Positions 1 through 9,196 of a stretch of 64,000 nt of DNA are shown here, piece after piece. The position numbers and the translations under genes were made by a program. How positions within the stretch are numbered: position 1 is the first letter of the stretch; the number at the start of each line of letters is the position of its first letter. The stretch spans positions 5,092-69,091 of the forward strand of contig CAIUQE010000020.1 in NCBI GenBank assembly GCA_903901225.1, written 5' to 3'. Below the pieces are notes generated by a model that was given only the letters and a program-made list of their open reading frames with translations, ran no database searches and had not been told where the DNA came from. The stretch comes from Candidatus Omnitrophota bacterium. GTDB taxonomy: Bacteria > Omnitrophota > Gorgyraeia > Zapsychrales > Fredricksoniimonadaceae.

Positions 1-930
1 ATTTTTGTGACAGAATTCTTTCCCTTCGGTCGCCTCAATTACATGCCGGAACTTTTACCAACGCTGCAGCACTTGCGCCGGAGAAATGTCGCCATCTACG
101 CGAGCATCGGGTATCCTTACCTGTTAAACCTGTCCGACATGAAGGAAGCAAAATTCAGGGATATGCTGGGACAACTCCTGCAGCTTTATGACAAGATCCT
201 CATCCATACGCCGCCGGGTCTGGAAGATCCCTATTTCGCAAAAACCATATCGTCACCGGGCCCGCAACGGCGTTACCGTGAATTCTTTGACGGGATCAAA
301 GAAAAGATCATCTACACGGGCTATGTCGTGCCCGGCAAGGTATTGAAAGGCACCGCGCCCCTTCCATCGGCAACAACCTCTGGCCAGAGCACGGTCGTCG
401 TCAGCCGCGGTGGCGGCGCGGTCTATCCCAAAGTGATCCTTAACGCCATCCGGGCCCAGGCCCTCCTTGGCAACGCGTATCGCTTCATCATCGCCTGCGG
501 CCCCGCCACATCCGTCGCGGAACAAAAACTTTTTGACCTGCACGTTCGGAAATACGGCACGGGCAATGTCATTTTGCATCGCCATATCCCCAACCTCGGC
601 GAGCTTCTGGCCACCTGTGACGTGTCCGTAAGCCTGGGCGGTTACAACACCGCGGTCCAGTTGATGCGCGCGGGCGCACGGGCGATCATCATCCCGCACC
701 ACATCAAGGACGCGCCCCTCGCCACCACCGACCAGCTGGCACGCGCCCGTCTGATGAAAGAAAAATTCCAAAGCACGGTCATTGACTACGCCGACCTTAC
801 GCCCGTCAAATTGGCGCGCGCCATCGAGAAAAAATGCCGCGCGCCGCGCCCGGGTCAGGCACCAACCGTCTGGTTCGGCGGCGCAACGTCATCAGCAAAC
901 ATCCTCATGAAATACAGGCCGGATAAATAA
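1..930 (+). CDS. Predicted GT-B glycosyltransferase (GT28 C-terminal-like), 5'-truncated by the window edge
   Basis: The frame is open from base 1. Motifs TEFFPFGR, YTGYVVP, VVVSRGGG and SVSLGGYNT are present, and it is a close paralog of 946..2178. Confidence 0.8.
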   Translation: MFVTEFFPFGRLNYMPELLPTLQHLRRRNVAIYASIGYPYLLNLSDMKEAKFRDMLGQLLQLYDKILIHTPPGLEDPYFAKTISSPGPQRRYREFFDGIKEKIIYTGYVVPGKVLKGTAPLPSATTSGQSTVVVSRGGGAVYPKVILNAIRAQALLGNAYRFIIACGPATSVAEQKLFDLHVRKYGTGNVILHRHIPNLGELLATCDVSVSLGGYNTAVQLMRAGARAIIIPHHIKDAPLATTDQLARARLMKEKFQSTVIDYADLTPVKLARAIEKKCRAPRPGQAPTVWFGGATSSANILMKYRPDK

Positions 931-945
931 TTACGTAAAAATACA

Positions 946-2178
946 ATGGCGAACCCAAAAAAGATCCTTATCCACTACACGCACAAAGGTACGCTTGGGC
1001 ACACGACCCGCATCCAGAGCCTCTGCCATGAACTTGTCAGGCAATACGGCGCGCGCGTCAAGATCCATGTCCTGCAGGGGGGACTACCCCAGCCGTTCAT
1101 CCGGTTCCCGCGGCAGGTACGGCTGATCCCCATCCCGGCACCTTTTGATTCACGGGCAAGTTTCCGCATCGGTCGGAAGATCCAGAAGAATGACCGCCTC
1201 CGCAGCCATTTTGTCCTGAAAATAGCGCAACGCATCGAGCCCGATGTTTTCCTGACCGAATTCTTCCCCTTCGGACGGCAGGATTACATCCCGGAACTCC
1301 TGCCCGCTCTCCAGGCGTTACACCGCCAGGGCACACGCATTTACGCCAGTATCGGTTACCCCTGTTGCGTTGACCAGATCGACGGGCAGAACAGGGACCT
1401 GGCCGCTGGCCGCGCCGGGATCATCACGCTTTACGACAAGATCTTCATCCACACGCCCGAAGGCCTCGAGAACCGCTATTTCCAGAAGACCCTCCCCACC
1501 CCGGCCCTTCGGCATAACTACGCCAATTTTTACCGTGCGATCGCCCCAAAAACCATTTACACCGGCTACATCGTCCCGGCCAGGCCGGGCAGCACACCGC
1601 GGCGCGCCGCGCTGACACGCCATACGCCCGGAAAATATTCTGTGGTCGTCAGCCGTGGCGGCGGCGCGGTTTACCCGAAGGTCATCATCAATGCCGTCAA
1701 GGCCCAAAAGATCCTCGGAGATAAATACCGCCTTATCATAGCCCTTGGCCCGTCAACCAGCCCGGCGGAACAAAAGGTCTTTCAAATGGTCCTGAAAGAT
1801 CACCCGTCAAGGAACATCGCCATCCTTGACGACATACCGGACCTTCCCTATTTCCTGGAACGCTGCGACACCTCCGTCAGCCTGTGCGGTTACAACACCT
1901 CCGTGCAACTCCTGGGCGCGAGGATCCCCGGCATCGTGGTGCCGTTCGTCAATCCCAATTCACCCTTCCCGTCGAATGAACAGTCCGCGCGCGCCCTGCT
2001 CTTGCGCGACCACGGCGGAAGTTCTGTCCTTCCTTACAACAAAATGACACCCGAAGCCATTGCTGGGACTATCCGTGAGAAATGTGAGAACGGCAGGAAT
2101 GTGTTCAAAAGTCCCGCGGGCTGGTTCAACGGGGCCTCGAACACGGCTGGCTTACTTATGCAAGATGAGCGGCGTTAA
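946..2178 (+). CDS. Predicted GT-B glycosyltransferase (GT28 C-terminal-like)
   Basis: N-terminal GTLGHTTR acceptor-side His motif, plus EFFPFGR, VSRGGG and SLCGYNT. Confidence 0.82.
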   Translation: MANPKKILIHYTHKGTLGHTTRIQSLCHELVRQYGARVKIHVLQGGLPQPFIRFPRQVRLIPIPAPFDSRASFRIGRKIQKNDRLRSHFVLKIAQRIEPDVFLTEFFPFGRQDYIPELLPALQALHRQGTRIYASIGYPCCVDQIDGQNRDLAAGRAGIITLYDKIFIHTPEGLENRYFQKTLPTPALRHNYANFYRAIAPKTIYTGYIVPARPGSTPRRAALTRHTPGKYSVVVSRGGGAVYPKVIINAVKAQKILGDKYRLIIALGPSTSPAEQKVFQMVLKDHPSRNIAILDDIPDLPYFLERCDTSVSLCGYNTSVQLLGARIPGIVVPFVNPNSPFPSNEQSARALLLRDHGGSSVLPYNKMTPEAIAGTIREKCENGRNVFKSPAGWFNGASNTAGLLMQDERR

Positions 2179-3148
2179 AATCCTTGAGAAAACCATGGTA
2201 GGCGAAACATCCCGGGCAAGCGGCTGTTGAGCCTTTCTTGATGTGGGCATCACGAGCCGCGAAGAAGGCTTTGGAACAAAAATTATCGTCGTGGATCGAA
2301 CCCGCGGGCGCCATGTAAAGGCAAGGATGGACATCGCCCCGCGACGTTATAAACAGGCACCGGCGGGGTGTCGCGCATTCCCTGATCGCTCCAGTCCCCT
2401 CCTCCACAAGGCGCAGGAGCATCTTGAGCATTTTCGGCTGGAGTGCTTTTACCGGGACACGGGCTTCCTGCTGCAATATCCTCAGGATCTGCGCGCGCAA
2501 CACCGGAAGGATCTCCTCCCCGCGGACCTCCGGCCTTTTTCCAACGGCACCGCGGTGATAATACGCCGGCACGTTCCCTTCAACAACTTTCGGCGTGAAA
2601 CGGAACCCGTGCGCGCGGGCAAGTTCATACACATCAAATAATTCGCGGCAGTTCACCCCGCTCACCGTGAATTTAAGCTCCACATCGAACATCCCGCCAT
2701 AGCGCCCGCTGAGCCGCCGTAATGTCTTCATTGTCTGACGGTAGGCGTCGCGCCCCCGCAGCGCGTCATGGGTCTTTTCCAGTCCATCCACACTGATCCC
2801 GATGCCCATGCCGGCAAGAATGGCCGCGTCCTTCTTCAGGACCCTGTCAATAATATCCGGGAATGCCCCGCTGGAATAAACCCCAAAGGAGCGGATATGT
2901 CGCCGGGCACGCCAGGCCGCGAGGGTTTTCAATATGCCCGCGATATCCGGATGCAGGAACGATTCCCCTCCGGTGATCGATATCCCGTGGATCCGGAACG
3001 ACGCGTGGAGGCTTTTCAACGTTGCCGTTAGCAGCGGAAGGGGTAGCTCATAAAGGCGCTTTTCCCGCCAGATATCGCAGCAGCGGCAACGCAAACGGCA
3101 TTTGTTCGTGACCTCGATGGTCACATCATCGAGACTGGGCTTTGGCAT
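2156..3148 (-). CDS. Radical SAM protein with SPASM/twitch-like C-terminus
   Basis: CRLRCRCC (CxxxCxxC), ITGGES, ISVDG..HDALRG, and C-terminal C..GDVHPC..CPGC. Confidence 0.9.
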   Translation of the reverse strand: MPKPSLDDVTIEVTNKCRLRCRCCDIWREKRLYELPLPLLTATLKSLHASFRIHGISITGGESFLHPDIAGILKTLAAWRARRHIRSFGVYSSGAFPDIIDRVLKKDAAILAGMGIGISVDGLEKTHDALRGRDAYRQTMKTLRRLSGRYGGMFDVELKFTVSGVNCRELFDVYELARAHGFRFTPKVVEGNVPAYYHRGAVGKRPEVRGEEILPVLRAQILRILQQEARVPVKALQPKMLKMLLRLVEEGTGAIRECATPRRCLFITSRGDVHPCLYMAPAGSIHDDNFCSKAFFAARDAHIKKGSTAACPGCFAYHGFLKDFNAAHLA

Positions 3149-3152
3149 AACT

Positions 3153-4256
3153 TTACACCGTCATGAATTTCCGGCATCCCTCAACAACGCGCAACGCTTT
3201 GTCCTGACTCATGAAGGAATGTATGGGCAAATGCAAGGCCCGCCGATAATACGCATCACTGACGGGGTACTTCCCGCGAGCCACATACCCATGCGCGGAC
3301 ATCAAATGCAGGGGCATATACGGCTTTTGGACAACAATGCCATTATCCGCAAGGAAATCGACGCACGCGTCACGACGATCGCAACAAACCACAAAATTTT
3401 GAGGGACGCTGTCCGCGCCCGCGGGGTCCGTGAATATTTGCAGGCCCTTGATACACCCCAATTCCTTCTCATAAAGCATCTTGATCTTTTTGCGCGACGC
3501 GACGATCTTTTTCAAATGGGTGAATTTCACGCGCAAGGCCACCAAGTCCATGAACGACATCGGAGCGAACCTTTGCCCGAGCTTGAGTAACCCGGGATCG
3601 TTCCGCCAGTCATCCATCCAGCGCCCGATACGCTGGTAAGCCGCCTCATTGCAAACCACCATCCCCCCGCCACCGCCGCACGAAGACAGCGGCTTATAAT
3701 AAGAAAAAGAGAACGCGGCAAAGGCGCCAAAACTGCCGAGCATTTTTCCATTATATGTCGAGCTTTCAGCCTGGCACACATCCTCAATAAGGACGAGCCC
3801 TTTCCTGCGGCAGATCTCCTGCAACGCATCAAGGGCACAAGGCCGTCCAAACATATGCGCCGCGATCACAGCCTTTGTCCTCTTTGTCACGGCGCGGGAT
3901 ACCTGCGCGACATCCAGATTCAGGTCGCGCGCATCCGCATCGACCAGGACCGGCGTCGCCCCCGCGTACACCACCGCCAGCGCCACGGCATGGTACGTCA
4001 GGTTTGGGATGATCACCTCGTCGCCTTTGCCAACCCCGGCCGCCCTCAGGATCATGGCGAGCGCGTCACTGCCGGAGTTCACCGCGAGCGCGCGCTTGAC
4101 GCCGATATACGCGGCAAGATCACGTTCAAATTCCCGGATCAGCGGCTTGATATCGTTCAGCCCCTGCATCGCGCGCAAATACGCCTTCATCTGAGCCGCG
4201 TATTCCGGCGCCAGGGCTTGTTCCACTAGGACTGATTCATAACGGATCTTCGGCAT
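3153..4256 (-). CDS. DegT/DnrJ/EryC1/StrS family PLP-dependent sugar aminotransferase
   Basis: VNSGSDAL, GDEVIIP, GATPVLVD, IEDVCQA, FSFSYYK (PLP lysine) and LHLPIH. Confidence 0.92.
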   Translation of the reverse strand: MPKIRYESVLVEQALAPEYAAQMKAYLRAMQGLNDIKPLIREFERDLAAYIGVKRALAVNSGSDALAMILRAAGVGKGDEVIIPNLTYHAVALAVVYAGATPVLVDADARDLNLDVAQVSRAVTKRTKAVIAAHMFGRPCALDALQEICRRKGLVLIEDVCQAESSTYNGKMLGSFGAFAAFSFSYYKPLSSCGGGGGMVVCNEAAYQRIGRWMDDWRNDPGLLKLGQRFAPMSFMDLVALRVKFTHLKKIVASRKKIKMLYEKELGCIKGLQIFTDPAGADSVPQNFVVCCDRRDACVDFLADNGIVVQKPYMPLHLMSAHGYVARGKYPVSDAYYRRALHLPIHSFMSQDKALRVVEGCRKFMTV

Positions 4257-5272
4257 GGCATCCTTCCCATGATATCCTGGTCGATACGTTCAATGGCCTC
4301 GCAAAGCCCCAGATAAGCGGAAAAACCCCTGACACGCTTGCCCGGGATTGCGCGCACGGCCAGCCCCGCGTTAAAATTACTCACCTGCCGGTATGTCACG
4401 GCCTTGTTGCCGCAAGCCTTGATAAAACCTTCCAGCGCGCTGAAATAAGCGCGTCCCGATGGCAAGATCAACGGCGCGCTGCCGGAAAGGTCCATCACGT
4501 AAAAATGGCGCCGCACTTTTTCCGGAAAAGATAACAATGTCCAGCTGGGCAGGACCCTGCCCTGCGGGAGGATGACCATATCCCAGGTGCCACGTGCCGG
4601 CGCGCTGTACTCCCGCCCGATCAAACCTTGCCGGCGCTCACGCAATTCCCAGGCACTGGCCTTGCGGTATTCGCGCAGGAACAACGCCGCGGACCGGCGG
4701 TCCCAGTCCTCAAGGAACGCCGGATGCACTTCGATATTCCGGGCACCCAGGCCATCCAGATGCCTGACGTTGGCGAACAAGTCTTGCGCGCCATGCGGAT
4801 AGACGGTCATTGTCGTCGACATAGCGACCCTGGCTTTTTGCAGGACACTGATCGCCCGGCACACACGCTGATAATACCCCGCCCGCGCGCCAGGACGATT
4901 CACCCGCGCCGTGCGCTCATCCCCGTCGGCACCCACTTCAACGTTAACACGGTGTTTCCTGAAGAACGCGGCCTTTGAAGCGTCAAGCAATGTCGCGTTC
5001 GACTGGACAGAAACATACCGGCGCGGGAACGCCGCGCGGACCGCTTTGATCATCTGCCTTGTCCTGTCCCACTCCAGCAAAGGTTCTCCGCCCGAAAGGA
5101 TGAATTCACCCTGCCTTGCCAAACCCGCGCAACGCATCGCGTTGCTGAACACCGCATCAGAGATCACCGCGCGCTGGGTCTTGTGCCTGAAAAAACAGTA
5201 CCCGCAACGGAGATTACATCGGTCCGTCACAAAAAACCAGATATGATTAAGCGGAAATTTTTTTATGGCCAT
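4226..5272 (-). CDS. Radical SAM protein, no evident SPASM domain
   Basis: TDRCNLRCGYC, SGGEPLL, QSNATLL; paralog of 5247..6254. Confidence 0.88.
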   Translation of the reverse strand: MAIKKFPLNHIWFFVTDRCNLRCGYCFFRHKTQRAVISDAVFSNAMRCAGLARQGEFILSGGEPLLEWDRTRQMIKAVRAAFPRRYVSVQSNATLLDASKAAFFRKHRVNVEVGADGDERTARVNRPGARAGYYQRVCRAISVLQKARVAMSTTMTVYPHGAQDLFANVRHLDGLGARNIEVHPAFLEDWDRRSAALFLREYRKASAWELRERRQGLIGREYSAPARGTWDMVILPQGRVLPSWTLLSFPEKVRRHFYVMDLSGSAPLILPSGRAYFSALEGFIKACGNKAVTYRQVSNFNAGLAVRAIPGKRVRGFSAYLGLCEAIERIDQDIMGRMPCRRSVMNQS

Positions 5273-6254
5273 AAGAAAGATGCACCCGTGTCATGAACCG
5301 CATCAGCGGGACGATCTGACGGGTATTGAGATAGTTGCGCCCCATCATCGCGTTCACCATTTCAAAGCCGAACGAAACATGATCGCGATAGGTCCGCCAG
5401 GACGGCCTTTTCCATAAAAGGGCATATCGCCGCCGGTAATACGCGACCATCTGGGGCCGTAACGTCCCGGTCGCCGGGTCCCACAAGCTGAATTTCTTGC
5501 GCGCCTTCCCGGGCAGGCACAGAAAGGCATCACCTAACAGCACATCCCCCGGCGGATGCAGGCTGATATCCATAAGGCCCGCGGGCATGAACTCGCGATC
5601 TTCGCGGGTAAAAAGCATCCGGCGCAATGCCGGTGTCGCAACAATATCCACGTATGCCGCCCTGAAAGCCGCCCGGCGCGCCGCGTCCCAGGGCATGAAC
5701 GCGGCGGGCGTGATATCAACGCACGACAATCCGATGCCTTTCAAAAACCGCAAATTCTCCGCCATACGGGCCACTTCATCAGGATGGACCGTCATGGTGC
5801 AACCGCACGATATCCCCGCGTCGAGCGCCGCGCGGATATTGCGCACAAGGCGGGCGAACATCCCGCGGTCCATCGGCCGTCGCCAGCGGGCTGTTGTTCC
5901 AAGATCCCCGTCTATCCCGAACTCCAGGCCGACGCCCCGGGCGCTCAGCCAGGCAATCTTTGTCCTGTCCAGCATCAGGCCGTTGGTTTGCATGCGCACA
6001 TCGGCGCCGGGGAATCCGGACCGCAGCGCCATCACCAGCTTCTTTACCTTATCCCAGCACATCAATGGCTCTCCACCGCTGATCACGAACGACCGGGGAG
6101 ATCCCCATTCCCGTTTCACCAGCACAAGGAAATTTGCCAGGACCTTCCAGGAAAGGTCATGTTGCCTCTTGTCCCGGAAATAACAATATCCGCACGCCAG
6201 CGGGCAACGTTCGGTCAGGTAGATCACGGCCGAGCGCATACGGATCACCGGCAT
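5247..6254 (-). CDS. Radical SAM protein, no evident SPASM domain
   Basis: TERCPLACGYC, SGGEPLM, QTNGLML, GIDGD. Confidence 0.88.
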   Translation of the reverse strand: MPVIRMRSAVIYLTERCPLACGYCYFRDKRQHDLSWKVLANFLVLVKREWGSPRSFVISGGEPLMCWDKVKKLVMALRSGFPGADVRMQTNGLMLDRTKIAWLSARGVGLEFGIDGDLGTTARWRRPMDRGMFARLVRNIRAALDAGISCGCTMTVHPDEVARMAENLRFLKGIGLSCVDITPAAFMPWDAARRAAFRAAYVDIVATPALRRMLFTREDREFMPAGLMDISLHPPGDVLLGDAFLCLPGKARKKFSLWDPATGTLRPQMVAYYRRRYALLWKRPSWRTYRDHVSFGFEMVNAMMGRNYLNTRQIVPLMRFMTRVHLSYGHKKISA

Positions 6255-6985
6255 CTTTCTCTCCCTGACTTTTCAACACGCAACAGATCCGAGAACAAGG
6301 CCAAACGCACGTGGCCCTGATCCCGCAGCAAGGCAAGGAAACGAAAGAATGTTTTGATCGCCGTCATGTCATCCGCGCCCTTGATGGCGCGATGATGGTA
6401 CACAAGGCCGATCACGCCGCGCCCGGCCGCGGCACGGCGCCATTGCGCGATCATGTCACGACTGTCAAACGCCAGCGGGGTCCCGTCAGGGGCATATTTA
6501 TTAAGCGCGACACGGGCGGGAAGGTCAAGAAAAGACCTTCCGGAAAGAGCGGCCTTTTTTCCGGCGGAAAAGATCCTGAATCCCAGGTCTTCGACCGCGT
6601 CAAGTGTCGCCCGGTCATAACCATGGTACGGCGGAATAAATGCCGGCGTGAACATGGCGCCAAACGACCTGTGCATGATCTTCAAGCCAGCACTCATATC
6701 TTTATGTTGACGATCATTAGATCTTCCCGGCCCGAACTCATATTTGGCAACGCCCGCGGCCGCATGGTTCGCATGCTGATACCCGTGCTGGACAATATCC
6801 ACAAGGGCCGGATCGCTCTTTTTGGCGTTCTTCAAAACAACAGCCATGCGTGGTTCGAGGCGCAGCGGAATAACACCATAGATGACAGGCAACCGCAGTT
6901 CTTTCAGAAAACCTGACAATTCAAGGAATACCTCATCATCCGACCAGATATCGTCATCCCGCAGGAAGACGCAGGGCAAAAACAT
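6245..6985 (-). CDS. Polysaccharide deacetylase (CE4/DUF2334-like) protein; ORF can extend to 7066
   Basis: FLRDDD, QHGYQH, FIPPY and late HH motifs of the NodB/CE4 fold. The start at 6985 was chosen because it directly precedes the RDDD motif. Confidence 0.8.
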   Translation of the reverse strand: MFLPCVFLRDDDIWSDDEVFLELSGFLKELRLPVIYGVIPLRLEPRMAVVLKNAKKSDPALVDIVQHGYQHANHAAAGVAKYEFGPGRSNDRQHKDMSAGLKIMHRSFGAMFTPAFIPPYHGYDRATLDAVEDLGFRIFSAGKKAALSGRSFLDLPARVALNKYAPDGTPLAFDSRDMIAQWRRAAAGRGVIGLVYHHRAIKGADDMTAIKTFFRFLALLRDQGHVRLALFSDLLRVEKSGRERCR

Positions 6986-7198
6986 TGCAACTCTGCGCCT
7001 ATCCACCTCACACGCATCAACGATCTTTACCTTGGCATTTCGCCGCTTCGTTGCTAAATTAATCATACGATACGTTCATTTTCCTTCTTTATACGGCCCA
7101 TTGCGGCCTGCTTTGAAAAAGTTCCATGTGATTCTAACATGCCGCGCAAGGAATATGCCAGTCATTGGTGCCCGGCATCCTTTATATCGGGATCTGTC

Positions 7199-8320
7199 AT
7201 GAAAACAAGACCAAATGACCCCAATGATCGGGACGAAAGACCGGCAGCCACCCGCCCCGGCGAATTATTGATCTCACTCGGTAATCGCTGCCAGTACCGC
7301 TGCCAATTCTGCGCATATTTAAAAGGCAGGAACCCAAAAGTCCTTTCCGCTTCCGCGTGGATATCCCTGCTGAAAGATGCCCGTAACCTGGGCTTCAAGA
7401 AACTCGAGATCGGCGGCCAGGGAGAGCCCGCTTTATTCAAAGGATTTGTGCGCATCGTGCATGAAGCGCGCGCCCTGGGATTCCGGATAAAGCTCTTAAG
7501 CAATATCCAGCACAAAAAAAATATCCTTGCCATATTACCCGCATTGAGCGAACTGACGGTCAACATGAACGCCCTTGATGAAAAAGGATTCCGCTGCCTG
7601 CACCAGCCGCAAAACCCCGCCTCGTTCAACACCGCCATCGACAACCTGGCTGATGGCGCGCGCCTGATCACTGAAGGAAGATCATCGGCCTTTCTCAATA
7701 TCAGCTATGTCGTTTCAAAAACAACGGCAAGGTCCGTCCTGCTTTTTCCAAAAAAACTTTGGAAGATGCTGCAGCAGCGAACGAACATTCAACACCCTGT
7801 GTATGTTCGCTTCCATCACATCCTGATGGTCCCCAGTAATTATCACCTTTGTCCGGACAGCCGTGACCTGCGGCGCATGATCGTGGCGCTTGATAAGGCC
7901 CAGGATAATGCGTTCCTGATGGCCCATTCCAATATCCGGGACTTCTCGACAGAAACAAAAAAGCTCCTGACTTTTTATAAACTCTGGGGACCATTCACGG
8001 CGGATTCGATCCCCGGCTCAAAAAAACACGCCGCAGCGGGAAAAATATCCCGTCACATCTGGTGCGATGCCGCTGAAAAGATCCTTTTCATTGATTGCGA
8101 CGGCGATGCTTTTGGCTGTTATAATCCGACCAGGACCTTGACCGGCATACCAGCCAGACAGGATGATCTATACCTGGGGAACATTCAGGAAGTCCCGGTA
8201 AGAACAATGCTCCGGCGGGCAAGTAAGATCGGCTGTTTTCATCCTGATATTACCAGGCGATCCTGGAAAGTCTGCGCGGCCTGCGGCCTGAGAACAACAT
8301 GGATGCCACCACACGCCTGA
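7199..8320 (+). CDS. Divergent radical SAM/SPASM-like protein
   Basis: GNRCQYRCQFC, GGQGEP, and C-terminal C..DGDAFGC..LGNI..CAAC. Alternative start at 7139. Confidence 0.82.
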   Translation: MKTRPNDPNDRDERPAATRPGELLISLGNRCQYRCQFCAYLKGRNPKVLSASAWISLLKDARNLGFKKLEIGGQGEPALFKGFVRIVHEARALGFRIKLLSNIQHKKNILAILPALSELTVNMNALDEKGFRCLHQPQNPASFNTAIDNLADGARLITEGRSSAFLNISYVVSKTTARSVLLFPKKLWKMLQQRTNIQHPVYVRFHHILMVPSNYHLCPDSRDLRRMIVALDKAQDNAFLMAHSNIRDFSTETKKLLTFYKLWGPFTADSIPGSKKHAAAGKISRHIWCDAAEKILFIDCDGDAFGCYNPTRTLTGIPARQDDLYLGNIQEVPVRTMLRRASKIGCFHPDITRRSWKVCAACGLRTTWMPPHA

Positions 8321-9150
8321 ATATCCTCCATTACGTCAAGTCAAGAACATCTCCGGGAACAAGCCGCCTGTTGAAGAAATTCTGCTGCCTCAAGCCAAGG
8401 ATCACCGGAAGCCTTGAGATATCCAGCGAATCCACCCAGGGAGCAGGCCGGGATTATGCCCGCCTGGCACTGACCTGCCTGCGCCGTGAACAGGTCATCA
8501 GCCTTTTCGCCGAAGCCGGCCATGCGCGCGCCGCCGTTGAACCCTACATGTTTGATAACCATAAGGACCATTGTTTCGGGATGGGCATCGCGGACTATGA
8601 CGCCACGCGCGACGAACGGCGGATGAAACTGTATAACTACTATCATCTTTCTCTACAGAAAGTCCCCTGGCGCGCCCATATCAGGAAAGTTTGCCATAAG
8701 GCGGGGATCTCCTTGCCGCAAATTGAAAAGGATCTCCTGTATTTCAAAAAAGCGCGGATGTCGGCGGTCGATCTTTATGACAGCGGCAAAGTCGAACTGA
8801 AGGTTTATTTCGGCCCTTTTCTCAGCAGGGATATCACGGGAAAATTCAAAGGACTTTTTAAAAAAAGGACCGTGCTCCGATACAAGGAATTATTATCAAC
8901 CGGCCACCTTCCGGACCTGGTCCTGTTCTGCGCGCGGTATGGCACTCATGGAAGGTCTATAAGGACCGATTTCTGGAACGGCCGGGAACGGCCTCTTGCG
9001 ATCCTCGAAGCATTGGATACGCAAGGCGAAGGACTAAGGTTGTACCATGACCTCGCGGCCATCACCAGCGCATTGCGGCTGACCTTCACATGCGTCGACA
9101 TGGACCAACGCCCAAGGACACAATTTTATTTTGAAATTATAGACTTTTGA
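8299..9150 (+). CDS. Hypothetical protein, possibly ABBA-barrel (LynF/TruF/PatF-like) prenyltransferase fold
   Basis: Repeated beta-hairpin motifs GMGIADYD..RRMKLYNY, SAVDLYDSGKVELKVYF and TCVDMDQRPRTQFYF. The resemblance was judged by eye only. Confidence 0.4.
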   Translation: MDATTRLNILHYVKSRTSPGTSRLLKKFCCLKPRITGSLEISSESTQGAGRDYARLALTCLRREQVISLFAEAGHARAAVEPYMFDNHKDHCFGMGIADYDATRDERRMKLYNYYHLSLQKVPWRAHIRKVCHKAGISLPQIEKDLLYFKKARMSAVDLYDSGKVELKVYFGPFLSRDITGKFKGLFKKRTVLRYKELLSTGHLPDLVLFCARYGTHGRSIRTDFWNGRERPLAILEALDTQGEGLRLYHDLAAITSALRLTFTCVDMDQRPRTQFYFEIIDF

Positions 9151-9176
9151 AAGCGACCTTATGTTCTATTGTCCTG

Positions 9177-9185
9177 TGTTATAAT
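9177..9185 (+). promoter_or_regulatory. Extended -10 promoter (TGtTATAAT) 11 nt before the A24 peptidase start
   Basis: TG-N-TATAAT at 9177-9185. ATG at 9197 has no Shine-Dalgarno, which suggests a near-leaderless transcript. Confidence 0.45.
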
Positions 9186-9196
9186 CAGGCTCTTCT

